From Heptranchias perlo (lineage: Eukaryota): a DNA stretch of 64,000 nt. Position 1 is the stretch's first letter. Each line of letters begins with the position of its first letter. The stretch covers positions 24,552,001 through 24,616,000 of the forward strand of contig NC_090354.1 in NCBI RefSeq assembly GCF_035084215.1, written 5' to 3'. The notes under the pieces are model-generated. The model did not search any database, was not told the DNA's origin, and saw nothing but the letters and a program-made list of their open reading frames with translations. A program made the position numbers and the translations under genes. Shown piece after piece: positions 1 to 13,800 of this stretch.

Positions 1-1262
1 TGTGTTTAACTAACTTGATTGAATCTTTTGATGAGGTATCTCCGAGGGTTGATGAGGGAAATGCAGTTGATGTTGTGTATGTGGACTTTCAAAAGGTGTT
101 TGATAAAGTGCCACATAATAGGCTTGTCAGCAAAATTGAAGCCCTTGGAAAAAAAGGGGCAGTGGCAGCATGGCTACGAAATTGGCAAAGTGACAGGAAA
201 CAGAGCAGTGGTGAACAGTTGTTTTTCGTACTGCAGGAACGTATACGGTGGTGTTCCCCAGTGCTTGGTACTTGGACCACTGCTTTTTTGATATATATTA
301 ATGACTAGGACTTGGGTGTACAGGGCACAATTTCAAAATTTGCATATAACATAAAACTTGGAAGTGTAGTAAACAGTGAAGAGGATAGTAATAGACTTCA
401 AGAGGACATAAACAAGCTGGTGGAATGGGCGGACACGTGGCAGATAAAATTTAACTTGGAGAAGTGCAAATTGACACACTTTGGCAGGAAGAATGAGGAG
501 AGGCAATATAAACTAAATTGTACAATTCTAAAGAGGGTGCAGGAACTGAAAGACCTGGGGTCTATGTGCACAAATCTTTGAAGGTGGTAGGACAGGTTGA
601 GAAAGCGGTTAAAAAAGCATACGGGATCCTGGGCTTTATAAATAGAGGCACAGAGTACAAAAGCAAGGAAGTTATGTTGAACCTTTATAAAACACTGGTT
701 CAGCCACAGATGGAGTATTGTGTCCAATTCTGGGCACCGCACTTTAGGAAGGATGTGAAAGCCTTAGAGAGGGTGCAGAAAAGATTTACTAGAACGGTTC
801 CAGGGATGAGGGACTTCAGTTACATGGATAGTCCGGAGAAGCTGCGGTTGTTCTCTTTACAGCAGAGATTATTATGATGAGATTTGATAGAAGTGTTCAA
901 AATCATGAAGGGTTTAGATAAAGTAAATAAAGAGAAACTTAGCAGTGGCGGAGGGGTTGATAACCAGAGCACACAGATTTAACATGATTGGCATAAGAAC
1001 CAAAAGCAACATGAGGAAAAACTTCTTTATGCAGTGAGTAGTTATGATCTGGAATGCGCTGCCTGAAATGGTGGTGGAAGCAGATTCGATCATGGCTTTC
1101 AAAAAGGAATTGGATAAATACTTAAACGGAACAAATTTGCAGGGCTACAGGCAAAGAGCAGGGGAATGGGACTAACTGGATTACCCTTACAAAGAGCCGG
1201 CATGGGCTCGATGGGCCAAATGGCCTCCTTCTGGGGCGCTGTAACCATTCAAAGATTCTATG
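1..1262 (+). mobile_element. Degenerate CR1-type LINE, 3' part of ORF2 (RT) plus 3' tail, nested in intron 2 of IFN gene A
   Basis: Frameshifted RT peptides (VDVVYVDFQKVFDKVPHNRL, LEYCVQFWAPHFRKD-like); ends in a CR1-like ATTCTATG tail at about 1255-1262. Confidence 0.85.
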
Positions 1263-2365
1263 AAGCCCAGGAAATTAATAAAAATCAAAAAGAGCAGTGG
1301 TCCTAATACTGACCCCTGGGGGACACCACTGTATACTTCCATTCAATCTGAAAAACAACCATTCAACATTACTCTCTGCTTTCTGTACCTTAGCCAATTT
1401 CGCATCCACGCTGCCACTACTCCCTTAATCCCATGGGCTTCAGTGTTGCTAACAAGTCTATTATGTGATACTTTATCAAAAGCCTTTTAAAAGTCCATAT
1501 ACACAACATCAACTGCACTGCCTTCATCAACTCTCTCTCTTACTTCCTCAAAGAACTCAATCAAGTTAGTCAAACACGATTTGCCTTTGATAATACAATG
1601 CCGCCTGTCATTTATTAACCCATATTTTCCAAGTAACAATTAATTTAGTTTCAATTTATTGTCTCTAAAAGTTTCCCCATTACCATCGTTAGGCTGACTG
1701 GCCTGTTGTTGTCAGGTTTATCCCTCTCCCCTTTTTTTGAACAGGGGTGAAACATTTGCAATCCTCCAGTCCTCTGGCAATGCTTCCATATCTAAGGAGG
1801 ATTAGAAAATTGTGGCCAGAGCCTCCGCTATCTCCAATCTTACTTCCCTCAGCAACCTAGGCTGCATCCCATCCGGACCGGATGAACACCATTCCTTTGA
1901 CTACCTTTTTACTATTTGTAAGCATATATAAGACTTTTGGGTTCACTTTTATTTTATCCATTAATCTGTTCCCATATACTCTCTTTGCCCCCTCTTATTT
2001 CCTTTTTCAGTTCTCCCTTGTACTCCCTGTATTCAGCTTGGTTCTCCACTGTATTATGTGCCTGGCATTTATCATAAGCCTCCTTTTTCTGTTTAATTTT
2101 TATCTCTATATCTTTAGTCATTCAGAGAATTCTAGCTTTGGAAGCCCTTCCTTTCCCCCTCATGGGACTATGTCTACTCTCTACCCAAACTATCTCCTCT
2201 TTGAAGGCCCCTATTGATCATTTACTGTTTTACCTGCCAATCTTTGAATCCAATCCACCTGGTCCAGATCCCCTTTCAACTCACTGAAATTAGTCCTCCT
2301 GCAGTTGAGTATTTTCACATTTTATTGTTCCTTCTCCTTTTCCATAACTACTCTAATCCTAAATA
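1263..2365 (-). mobile_element. Degenerate CR1 ORF2 fragment, antisense in intron 2 of IFN gene A
   Basis: Reverse-strand RT/tether remnants; an equivalent CR1 fragment abuts exon 3 in all five genes. Confidence 0.8.
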
Positions 2366-2408
2366 GGAACAGACCCCCATCTAATGTCGTTGTGTATATT
2401 TTGCTCAG

Positions 2409-2855
2409 ACCCAGGACAGGATCCAGATTGTCCATCAAACACTGCGTCACTTCATCAAAATCTACAGCATGAACCTGGGCTCGGTCACATGGCCCCAGGA
2501 CAAGATGGAAAACTTCCGACTTCTCCTGGATCGGCAGCTCGAAGAGCTAGAGGAATGTATCAAGAAACCGGGCTCAGAGTCCAGACCGAGGAGAAATGCC
2601 GCCATTCACAAATACTTCAGGAAACTGAGAATATTTCTCAAACAGAAGGTGGGACAATTGCTATTTGACTGTGCGATTACTGACAGATAATTAATTTCAC
2701 CCAATTTAAATCTGTTCATTCTCTAATGTATTTTCCTGAATATTTCTCTTTTTCAGAGATTCAGTGTTTGCGCCTGGGAAATAATCCGCGCCGAGACCAG
2801 GGCCCGTTTACAACAGATTCTTTTCATAACGGCACAAATCAGAAGAAAAAATTGA
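2409..2855 (+). CDS. IFN: Type I interferon gene A, partial: exon 3 2409-2648 and exon 4 2757-2855; exons 1-2 lie upstream of the window
   Basis: ttgctcag|ACC...AAG|gtggga and tttcag|AGA...TGA; TQDRIQIVHQTLRHFIKIYSMNL...LEEC...KYFRKLRIFLKQK + RFSVCAWEIIRAETRARLQQILFITAQIRRKN*; CAWE and YF motifs of type I IFN. Confidence 0.92.
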
Positions 2856-3980
2856 AGATTTTCAAAAGACATGTTTAATAGAGACTGGGAACAATTAATA
2901 TTTAATTAAAAGACCATCTATTTATAAAAAATATTTATATTTTAACAGCCATTATATTGTATTACTGTAAACACACAATTTGCAGCTAAGTGACTGATGG
3001 AGAAACAATGAATGTCTTGATATTGTTCTAAATTTGACTATTTATTTCAATTTATTGATATTTATTTATGTGATATTTACCTGTGATGAAGTGTTAAAGG
3101 TTTCACTGGGGGAATCCTGATTCTGCCCCTTCCTTTATAGACTGGCAACTGCTACAATGAAAAGTTTCATTTCAGATTCGCTCTGTAGAGCATCTTATTC
3201 CACTGGCTGGTTTTCCAGTGTCAGCTCTCTGTACTGATCCACCCAGCGGACACTACTTTTGCTCCTCATCGCATCTGAATTTAATTTATTGTCATGATGT
3301 CTTCATACAGTAAAATGATACAGCTTTTACACAGTGTGTATAGGGAAAAATGAGAAGAGTAAACTTAAAGATTTTCCAATGACTTGTTTAATCCAGACTG
3401 AGAACGATAATAAGTTATGTTAAAGGCTCTGAATTTCTAAAATATTGTATTTTTTGTAATGAAAAGTACTATTCATTTTACAATGTTATCAGCTTAGCTC
3501 AGCGGTAACACTCTGAGTCAGAAGGTTGTTAGTTCCAGCCCCATTCCATAGGGAAACTGTTCCATTGCCATTCAGCTTTGTGAGGCTCCTTATTCCAGTT
3601 GCTGATCTTCCAGTGACAACTCTCTGCACTGGATTGCCCTGCCAATACCCAGCTCGGTCACTGGATTACAGAGTGAAGTCAGGATTTCAAAGGTTGGGCT
3701 CCAGATCGATGCCCCCTGACCTTAACCCTGACCCGCTCTGACCTTTTAGTTTCTGCTCTCCCAGCGGCCAGCACTTCAATTCGTCTCAGGGTCATCTTAA
3801 TTTATTGATATTTATCATCGTGATCTCTACATCCAATGAAATGTTAAAGTTTTATACAATGTGTAATGTGAGTTCAAAAAGAAATATTAATTTATTGATA
3901 TTTATTAAGAGTTGGGGAATAGACGATGTTTTTCTAAACTGGAAACTTTTTGTACTGAATGAAGACTGTGTGTAAATAAA
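2856..3980 (+). promoter_or_regulatory. AU-rich 3' UTR of IFN gene A with candidate poly(A) signal
   Basis: Many ATTTA pentamers; AATAAA at 3975-3980, conserved in B (9958-9963), C (24083-24088) and D (34359-34364). Confidence 0.6.
3491..3545 (+). mobile_element. tRNA-derived SINE head remnant inside the IFN 3' UTR (copies near 10395-10450, 24522-24575, 34870-34921)
   Basis: A-box-like TAGCTCAGCGG followed by CTCTGAGTCAGAAGGTTG and a degenerate GTTC B box. Confidence 0.45.
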
Positions 3981-4307
3981 TGATTTTAATGATAACACTT
4001 TTACTGGAGTGATATTCATTTCCCATTTGTGTCTGTCAGTTTCTCATACTCACTATAAATGCTCTGGATTCTTTTACCTGTTGCCTGTTACTGTGACTCT
4101 CTCTGCTATATTTTCCTCTCTCCATCGTCTGATTGTTTCTCTCCAGTCAAAGCCTATCACCCCCATTTGAACCCATTGGATCCGATTTTTACATCTCCTA
4201 GACAGTACCACAGTTTTGCTCATCTGCTACTCAACTCCGTATTCTGTATTCTCCCTCTAAATGAGAGACGATAGAGCCTGAGGTGTTGAGCAGGAAAGGG
4301 GCAATTG

Positions 4308-5135
4308 AATCATAGAATCATACAGCACAAAAGAAACAATTCGGACCATTGTACCTGTGCCTGCTCTTTGAAAGAGCCATCCAATTAGTCCCACTCTGCA
4401 GCCCTCTATCCATAGCCCTGCAATTTTTTTCCCTTCAAGTATTTATCCAATTCCTTTTGAAAGTTATTATTGAATCTGCTTCCACCATTTTTTCAGACAG
4501 TGCATTCCAGATCATAACAACTCGCTGTGGAAAAAAAAATTCTCCTCATTTTGTCTCTGATTCTTTTGCCAATCACTTTAAATCTGTGGCCTATGGTTAC
4601 TGACCCTTCTGCTACTGGAAACATTTTCTCCATATTTATGCAATCAAAAACCTTCTTGATTTTGACCATCTATATTAAATCTCGCCTTAACCTTCACCAA
4701 TCTAAGGAGAACAACCCCATCTTCACTAGTCACTCCATGAAGTCCCACATCCCTGATACCATTTTAGTCAATTACCTCTGCACCCTCTCTAAGGCCTTGA
4801 CATTGTTCCTAAAGTATGGCACTCAGATTGAACACAATACTCTAACTGGGGTCTAACCAGTGATTTATAAAGGTTCAGCATAACTTCCTTGCTTTTGTAC
4901 TCTACGCCTCTGTTTATAAAACCAAGGAGACCGTGTGATTTTAACGACCTTCTCAACCTGTCCTGCTACCTTCAAATATTTGTGTACCTGAACTCCAGGT
5001 CTCTCTGTTCCTGCACCCCCTTTAAAACTGTACCATTTCGCTTATATTGCCTCTCTTCATTCTTCTTACCAAAACGCATTACTTCACACCTCTCTATGTT
5101 AAATTTCATCTGCAATATGTCTGTCAATTTCATTT
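4308..5135 (-). mobile_element. 5'-truncated CR1 fragment with 3' tail
   Basis: MKFNIERCEVMRFGKKNEERQY peptide; GAATCATAGAATCATA tail at 4308. Confidence 0.8.
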
Positions 5136-5624
5136 GTCGCTCACCCACTCTCCCATCAACATCCCTACCTCTTTTCATTTGAACTATCTGAGCCAGTTGC
5201 CAGTTTATGCAATCAGACGGTCAAGTTCACATCGGCCAGAGACATTATAAATGTCGGCATAGCAATTTATAATGGAACAAAGTTAATACAAAAAGTGTGA
5301 CACAAATGTGACATCAGGAAGTCAAGTGATGCAGAAGGAAGTGTATTAATATATTAAAGATAGATGTGCACATAAGATTCCTTGCTAATTCCCAGCATGT
5401 TGCCCCCCAGTGCTTTTCAGACGCCCTTTTAAACTTCCTGATCCACTTTTCGCCTCCCTTCTGAACCCCCTTTTAATAATTATTAAAGCATTAGCCTGTT
5501 TTATAGGATTTTTACATTTCAGTTTTACTCTAAGCTCTCCCTATAACCATTGATCCCCAGCCTTAGAAGGTCAATCAAAAATGCCAAAACTAAACGATTT
5601 GATGAAAAGGTTTTCACCAACACG

Positions 5625-8430
5625 GTCACAGTAAAAGAGGAGGTAGCTTTTTTTTATTCATTCAGGGGATGTGGGCATCGCTGGCGAGGCCAGCATTTAT
5701 TGCCCATCCCTAATTGCCCTTGAGAAGGTGGTGATGAGCCGCCTTCTTGAACTGCTGCAGTCCATGTGGTGAAGGTTCTCCCACAGTGCTGTTAGGAAGG
5801 GAGTTCCAGAATTTTGACCCAGTGACGATGAAGGAAGGCGATATATTTCCAAGTCGGGATGGTGTGTGACTTGGTGGGGAACGTGCAGGTGGTGTTGTTC
5901 CCATGTGCCTGCTGCCCTTGTCCTTCTAGGTAGTAGAGGTCACGGGTTTGGGAGGTGCTGTCAAAGAAGCCTTGGCGAGTTGCTGCAGTGCATCCTGTAG
6001 ATGGTACACACTGCAGCCACAGTGCGCCATTGGTGAAGGGAGTGAATGTTTCGGGTGGTGGATGGGGTGCCAATCAAGCGGGTTGCTTTGTCCTGGATGG
6101 TGTTGAGCTTCTTGAGTGTTGTTGGAGTATTCCATCACATTCCTGAGTTGTGCCTTGTAGATGGTGGAAAGCGTTTGGGGAGTCAGGAGGTGAGTCACTC
6201 ACTGCACAATACCCAGCCTCTGACCTGCTCTTGTAGCCACAGTGTTTATGCGGCTGGTCCAGTTAAGTTTCTGGTCAATGGTGACCCCCAGGATGTTGAT
6301 GGTGGGGGATTCGGCGATGGTAATGCCGTTGAATGTCAAGGGGAGGTGGTTAGACTCTCTCTTGTTGGAGATGGTCATTGCCTGGCACTTGTCTGGCGCG
6401 AATGTTACTTGCCACTTATGAGCCCAAGCCTGGATGTTGTCCAGGTCTTGCTGCATGCGGGCTCGGACTGCTTCATTATTTGAGGGGCTGCGAATGGAAC
6501 TGAACACTGTGCAGTCATCAGCGAACATCCCCATTTCTGACCTTATGATGGAGGGAAGGTCATTGATGAAGCCGCTGAAGATGGTTGGGCCTAGGACACT
6601 ACCCTGAGGAACTCCTGCAGCTGAGATGATTGGCCTCCAACAACCACCACCATATTCCTTTGTGCTAGGTAGACTCCAGTTGAGATAATAGTTGGGCTAA
6701 AAATTGATAAAGAGGAGGTACTAGAAAGGCTGGCTGTACATAAAGTAGATAAGTCACCCGGCCCGGTGAGATGCATCCTAGGTTGCTGAGGGAAGCGCAG
6801 ATGGTAATTACAGAGCTACTGGCCATAATCTTCCAATCCTCCTTAGCTTTGGGGGTGGTGCCAGAGGACTGGAGAATTCCAAATGTTACATCCTTGTTCA
6901 AAAAAGGGTGTAAGGATAAACTCAGCAGCTACAGGACAGTCAGTTCAACCTCAATGATGGGGAAACTTTTAGAAACAATAATCCGGAACAAAGTTAATAG
7001 TCACTTGGACAAATGTGGATGAATAAAGGAAAGCCAGCGCCTTTAATTAACTTGATTGAGTTTTTTGATGAGGTAACAGAGAAGGTTGATGAGGGCAATG
7101 GGGTTGACGTTGTTTACATGGACTTTCAAAAGGCGTTTGATAAAGTGCCACATAATAGGCTTACCAGCAAAATTGAAGACTATGGAATAAAAGGGTCTGT
7201 GACAGCATAGGTATGAAACCGGCTAAGTGACAGGAAACAGAGAGTATTGGTGAACAATTGTTTTTCGGACTGGAGGAAATTTCCCAGGTGTCGTTATTAG
7301 GACCACTGATTTTTTTGATATATATTAATGACTTGGACTTGGTTGTACAGGGCACATTTTCAAAATTTGCAGATGACACAAAACTTGGAAGTGTGGGAAA
7401 CAGTGAGAAGGATAGTAATAGACTTCAAGAGGACATGGGCAGGCTGATGGAATGGGTGGACACATAGCAGATGAAATTTAATGCAGAAAAGTGCAAAATG
7501 ATATATTTTGGCAAGAAGGATGAGGAGAGTCAATATAAACTAAACGGTACAATTTTAAAGCGGGTGCAGGAACAGAGAGATCTGGAGATCTATGTGCACA
7601 AATCTTAAAAAGCGTGCAGGATCCTGGACCTTCTAAATAGAGGCGTAGAGTACAAAAGCAAGGAAGTTACGTTGAACCTTTATAAAACCTGGTTAAGACA
7701 CAACTGGAGTATTGTGACGAATTCTGTGCAGCGCACTTTAGGAAGGAGGTGAAGGCTTCAGAGAGAGTCCAGAAAGATTTAATGGAATGGTTCCAGGGAT
7801 GAGGGACTTTAGTTACTTGGATAGACTGGAAACGATGGAATTGTTTTCCTTAGAGCAGAGAAGGTTGAGAGGAGATTTGATAGAAGTGTTCAAAATCATG
7901 AAACGTTTAGATAAAGTAAATAAAGAGAAACTGTTCTCATTGGCGGAAGGGTCGAGAACCGAAGGACACAGATTTAAGGTGTTTGGCAAAAGAAACAACG
8001 GTGACATGAGGAAAAACTTTCTTATGCAGCGAGTTGTTACAATCTGGAATGTGTTGCCTGAAAGGGTGGTGGAAGCAGATTCAATCATGGCTTTCAAAAA
8101 GGAATTGGATAAATATTTGAAGGGAAAAATTTGCAGGGCAACGAGAAAAAGTGGGGGAATGGGGCTAACTGGATTGCTCTTACAAAGAACTGGCACGGGC
8201 TCGATGGGCCAAATGGACTCCTTCTGTGCTGCAACCATTCTATGATTCTATGGTTCTAAGAGTCGGTAACCAGAGGACACAGATTTAAGGTAAAAACATT
8301 TGCAGGGCTATGGGAAAAGGGCAGGAGCATGGGACTAATTGGATAGAACGATCAAAGGGCTGGCACAGGCAAGGTGGGCTGAATGGTTTCTATTGTGCTG
8401 TATGATTCTATGATTGTATGATTCTATGAA
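5625..8430 (+). mobile_element. CR1 ORF2 3' part (interrupted at 5648-6679) with two successive 3' tails
   Basis: HPRLLRE...VPEDWR, YMDFQKAFDKVPH, SKFADDTKLG; ATTCTATG tails at about 8237-8257 and 8401-8430. Confidence 0.85.
5648..6679 (-). mobile_element. 5'-truncated non-LTR retrotransposon (same family as 48661-51972) inserted into a CR1
   Basis: MGMFADDCTVFSSIR... RT peptide; poly(A) tail (T run 5648-5655); host CR1 sequence resumes on both sides. Confidence 0.85.
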
Positions 8431-8547
8431 TCAATTCCCCCTTTCCTTCTCAACACCTCAGGCTCGATCCTCTCTAATTTAGAGGGAGAATATGGAATAT
8501 GGAGTTTAGTAGCAGAAGAATAAAACTGTGGTAGCATCTAGGAGATA

Positions 8548-9750
8548 GAGGGGAACCAGTGGATGTGGCATATTTGGATTTTCAAAAGGCAATCGATAAG
8601 GTTCCACATAAAAGGTTATTACGCATGATAAGGGCTCATGGGGTTGGGGGTTATATATCAGCATGGATAGGTGATTGATTAACAGACAGAAAACAAAGAG
8701 CAGGGATAAACAGGTAATTTTCAGGTTGGCTGGCTGTAACTAGTGGGGATCAGTGCTTGAGCCTCAGCTGTTTACAATGTATATTAATGACTTAGATGAA
8801 GGGACCGAGTATAATGTATCCAAGCTTCCTGACGATACAAAGCCAGGTGGAAAAGTAAGCAGTGAGCAGGACACAAAGAGTCTGCAAAGAGATACGGACA
8901 GGTTAAGTGAGTGGACAAAAAGGAAGCAGATGGAGTATAATGTGGAGAAATGTGAGGTTATTCACTTTGGTAGGAAGAATAGCAAAACAGAATAATTTTA
9001 AATGATGAGAAACCATTAAAGGTTGGTAATCAGAGAGCTTTGGGTGTCCTCGTACAAGAAACACATAAAGTTAACATGCAGGAACAGCAAGCAATTAGAA
9101 AGGTAAATGGCATGTTGGCCTTTATTGCAAGGAGTTGGAGTACAAGAGTGAGGAAGTCTTGCTACAATTGTACAAGGCTTTGGCGAGACCACACCTGGAG
9201 TACTGTGTACAGTTTTGGTCTCTTTATCTAAGGAAGAATATACTTGCCTTAAAGGAGGTGCAACGAGGTTTCACTAGATTGATTCCTGGGATGAGAGGGT
9301 TGTCCTAAGAGGAGAGATTGAGTAGAATGGGCCTATACTCTCTGGAGTTTAGAAAAATGAGAATTGATCTTATTGAAACATATAAGATTCTGTGGGGGGT
9401 TGACAGGGTAGATGCTGAGTTAGTTTCCCGTGGCTGGAGAGTCTAGAACTAGGGGGTATAGTTTCAGGATAAGGGGTCGGGCATTTAGGACTTAGATGAG
9501 GAGTAATTTTTTCACTCAGAAGGTTGTGAATCTTTGGAATTCTCTACTCCAGAGAGCTGTGGATGCTGAGATGTTGAGTATATTCAAGGCTGAGATAGAT
9601 AGATTTTTGGAATCTTAGGGAATCAAGTGATATGGGGATTGGGCGGGAAAATGGAGTTGAGGTCAAAGATCTGCCATGATCTGATTGAATGGCGGAGCAG
9701 GATCGAGGGGCCGTAAGGTCTACTCCTGCTCCTATTTCTTATGTTCTTGT
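8548..9750 (+). mobile_element. 5'-truncated CR1 of a second subfamily in the 3' flank of gene B (shorter shared copy at 23277-23880 behind gene C)
   Basis: PQLFTMYINDLDEGT... RT peptide, TTCTTATG tail; absent from the equivalent flank of genes A and D. Confidence 0.8.
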
Positions 9751-10859
9751 GGATAATTGAGTCCAATGGGTTCAAGTGGGGTTAACATGCTTTGATTGGA
9801 GAGGAACAATCAGACAGTGCAGAGAGGATAATATAGTGGAGAGGGAGACATGGTAACAGGCAGCAGGGAGGAGAATCCAGAGCATTTATAGTGAGAAACT
9901 GACAGATACAAATGGGAAATGAATATCACTCCAGTAAAAGTGTTATCATTAAAATAATTTATTTACACAAAAGTTCTAATTCAGTATAAAAAGTTTTCAG
10001 TTTAGAAAAACATTAGCTATTCCCCAACTTTTAATAAATATCAATAAATTAATATTTCTTTTTGAACTCACATTACGCATTGTATAAAACTTTAACATTT
10101 CATTGGATGAAGAAATCACAATAATAAATATCAATAAATTAAGATGACCCTGAGACGAGTTGAAGTGCTGGCCGCTGGGAGAGCAGAAACTAAAAGGTCA
10201 GAGCAGGTCAGGGATAAGGTCAGGGGGCATCGGTCCGGAGCTCAACCTTTGAAATCCTGACTTCACTCTGTAATCCAGTGACTGAGCTGGGTATTGGCAG
10301 GGCAATCCAGTGCAGAGAGTTGTCACTGGAAGATCAGCAACTGGAATAAGGAGCCTCACAAAGCTGAATGGCAATGGAACAGTTTCCCTATGGAATGGGG
10401 CTGGAACCAACAACCTTCTGACTCAGAGTGTTACCGCTGAGCTAAGCTGACAACATTGTAAAATTAACAATACTTTTCATGTACATAAAATATAATATTT
10501 TAGAAATTCAGAGCCTTTAACATAACTTATCATCATTCTCAGTCTGAATTAAACAAGTCATTGGAAAATCTTCATGTTTACTCTTCTCATTTTTCTATTA
10601 CACATTGTGTAAAAACTGTACCATTTGATTGCAGTGAAACTTTAACATTTCATCACAGGTAAATATTATACCAATAAATTAAAATAAATAATCAATCAAG
10701 AGATTTCTTGTTCTCTGTCAGTCACCTAGCTGCAAATTGTGTGTTTACAGCAATACAAGAAAACATCTTTTAAAATATAAATATTATTTATAAATAGATG
10801 GTCTTTTAAATAAATATTAATTGTTCCCAGTCTCTATTAAACATGTCTTTGGAAAGTCT

Positions 10860-13800
10860 TCAGTTTCTTCTTCTGATTTGTGCCGTTATGAAAAGGATCT
10901 GTTGTAAACGGGCCCTGGTCTCGGCGCGGATTATTTCCCAGGCGCAGTCACTGAATCTCTGAAAAAGAGAAATATTCAGGAAAATACATTAGAGAATGAA
11001 CAGATTTAAATTGGGTGAAATGAACTATCTGTCAGTAATCAAACAGTCAAATATCAATTGTCCCACCTTCTGTTTGAGAAACTTTCTCAGTTTCCTGAAG
11101 TATTTGTGAATGGTGGCGTTTCTCCTCGGCCTGGACTCTGAGCCCGGTTTCTTGACACATTCCTCCAGCTCTTCGAGCTGCCGATCCAGGAGAAGCCGGA
11201 AGTTTTCCACCTTGTCCTGGGGCCATGTGACTGAGCCCAGGTTCATGCTGTAGATCTTGATGAAGTGGCGCAGTGTCTGATGGACAATCTGGATCCTGTC
11301 CTGGGTCTGAGCAAAATATACACAACGACATTAGAGGGGACCTGTTCCTGTTTAGATTTAGAGTAGTTATGGAAGATGACAAGGAACAATGAAACGTGAA
11401 AATACTCAACTGCAGGAGGGCTAATTTCAGTGAGTTGAAAGGGGATCTGGCCCAAGTGGATTGGATTCAAAGACTGGCAGGTAAAACAGTAAATGATTGA
11501 TGGGGGCCTTCAAAGAGGAGATAGTTTGGGTACAGACTAGACACATACCCATGAGGGGGAAAGGAAAGGCATCCAAAGCCAGAGGTCCCTGGATGACTAA
11601 AGATATAGAGATAACAATTAAACAGAAAAAGGAGGCTTATTATAAATGCCAGGCTCATAATAAAGTGGAGAACCAAGCTAAATACAGAGTGCAGGGGAGG
11701 ACTGAAAACGGAAAAATAAAGGGGGCAAAGAGAACAAATGGGAACAGATTAACCGGTAAGATAAAAGTGAACCCAAAAGTCTTTCATAAGCATATAAATA
11801 GTAAAAGGGTAGTTAAAAGGAATGGTGGGACTGATTAGGGACCAAAAAGGAGATCTTGTGGAGGTAGAGGGCATGGCTGATGTACTAAATGAGTTCTTTG
11901 CATCTTTCTTCACAAAAGAAGAGGATGCTGCCAATATCAAAGTTAAGGAGGAAGAAGTAGCAAAATTGGATAGGATAAAAATAGATTAGAGGAGGTACTT
12001 AAAAGGTTAACAGCTTTTAAAGTAGAAAAGTCACCCGGTCTAGATGGGATGCATCCTAGTTTGCTGAGGGAAGTAAGGGTGGAGATAATGGAGGCTCAGA
12101 CCACAATCTTCCAATCCTCCTTTGACATGGGAGCAATGCCAGAGGACTGGAGGATTGAAAATGTTACACCCCTGTTCAAAAAAGGGGACAGGGATAAAGA
12201 TAGTGTTGGGGAAACTTTTGGAGACAATAAGCTGAGACAAAATTAATTGTCACTTGGAAAAAAATGGGTTAATAAATGACAGGCAGCATGGATTTATTAA
12301 AGGCAAACCTTGATGAATTCTTTGATGAAGTAAGAGAGAGTTGATAAAGGTCGAGCGGTTGATGTTGTGTATATGGACTTTAAAAAGGCATTTGATAAAG
12401 TAGCACATAGTCCACTTGTTAACAAAACTGAAGCTCATGGGATTAAGGGGGTAGTTGCAACGTGGATGCAGAATTCACTAAGGTACAGAAAGAAGAGAGC
12501 AGTGATGAATGATTGTTCTTCAGACTGAATGGAAGATTATAGCATTAGGACCACTGCTCTCTTTGAAATATCATGGACTTGCGTATATAGTGCATAATTT
12601 CAAAGTGTACAGATGACACGAAATTTAGAATTGTAGTAAACAGTGAGGAGGATAGGAACAGACTTCAGGAGGTAGTAGACAGACTGGTGAAATGGGCAGA
12701 CACATAGCAGATGAAATTTTACACAGAAAAATGTGAAATGATGCAGTTTGGTAGGAAGAATGTGGAGGGCCGATATAAACTAAATGGTACAATTTTGAAG
12801 TGCAGTGGGAACAGAGAGGCATGGGGGTGTATGTACTCAAATCTTTGAAGGAGGTAGGACAAGTTAAGAAGGCTGTTAAAAAAGCTTACAGGATCCTTGG
12901 CTTTAAAAACAGATGCATAGAGTACAAAAGCAAGGACAATGAGCTATACCTTTATGAATCATTGTTTCAGCCCCAGCTGTAATATTGTGTCCAATTCTGG
13001 GCAGCACATTTCAGGAAGGATGCCAAGACTTTAGAGATGGTACAATAGAGATTTACTAGAATGGTACCAGGGATGCGGGACTTCAGGTATGTGGAACGAC
13101 TAGGAAACGGGAATTGTTCTCTTTGAGCAGAGACGGTTAAGGGGAGATTTAATAGAGGCGTTGAAAGGATTTTGATAGAGTAAATAAGGAGAAACTGTTT
13201 CAAGTGGCAGATGGGTCGGTAACTAAAGGACACAGATTAAAGGCAATTGGCAAATGAACCAGAGGCGAGAGGGTAAGAACTTTTTTAAACAGCGAGTTGT
13301 TATGATCTGGAATGCACTGCCTGAAAGGATGGTGGAAGCTGATTCAATAACTTTCAAAAGGGAATTGGATCAATTGAGGCGGTGCATTTTTCAGGGCTAT
13401 GGGGAAAGGGCAGGAGAGTGGGACTAATTGGATTGCTCTTCAAAAACCTGACACAGGCACGATGGGCAAAATGGCCTCCTTCTGTGCTGGATCATTCTAT
13501 AATTCTATGATTTAACCTGCTGGAGATGATGCATACCATAGAGCCAATCATCACAGCTCAGGAGTGAGATGGTTACAGGGAGTGAGATGAATACAGGGAG
13601 TCAGATAGTTAAAGGACATGGAGTGAGATGTCTAGAGGGTGTGAGATAGTTAGAGGAAGTGAGATAGGGGGAGTGAGATAGAGTGTGTGAGTAAGATAGT
13701 TAGAGGGAATGAGATAGGTAGATAGAGTAAGATAGTTAGAGAGAGTGAGCAAGAGAGAGTGAAATATCGCAAGTGAATATTTCTGCCATTTTCACATCAA

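Noticed and set aside
2384-2668. 94-137 aa alternative-frame ORFs over exon 3 (MSLC..SDPGQDPDCP) in all copies
   Set aside because: Shadow frame of the IFN exon that crosses splice sites; no independent support
3526-3741. 71-aa ORF MLVPAPFHRET... repeated at 10198 and 24323
   Set aside because: Non-ATG start, lies in the duplicated 3' UTR/SINE remnant, disrupted in gene D
5136-5620. Relic of a deleted sixth IFN gene
   Set aside because: Better explained as the upstream flank of gene D left behind by the inversion
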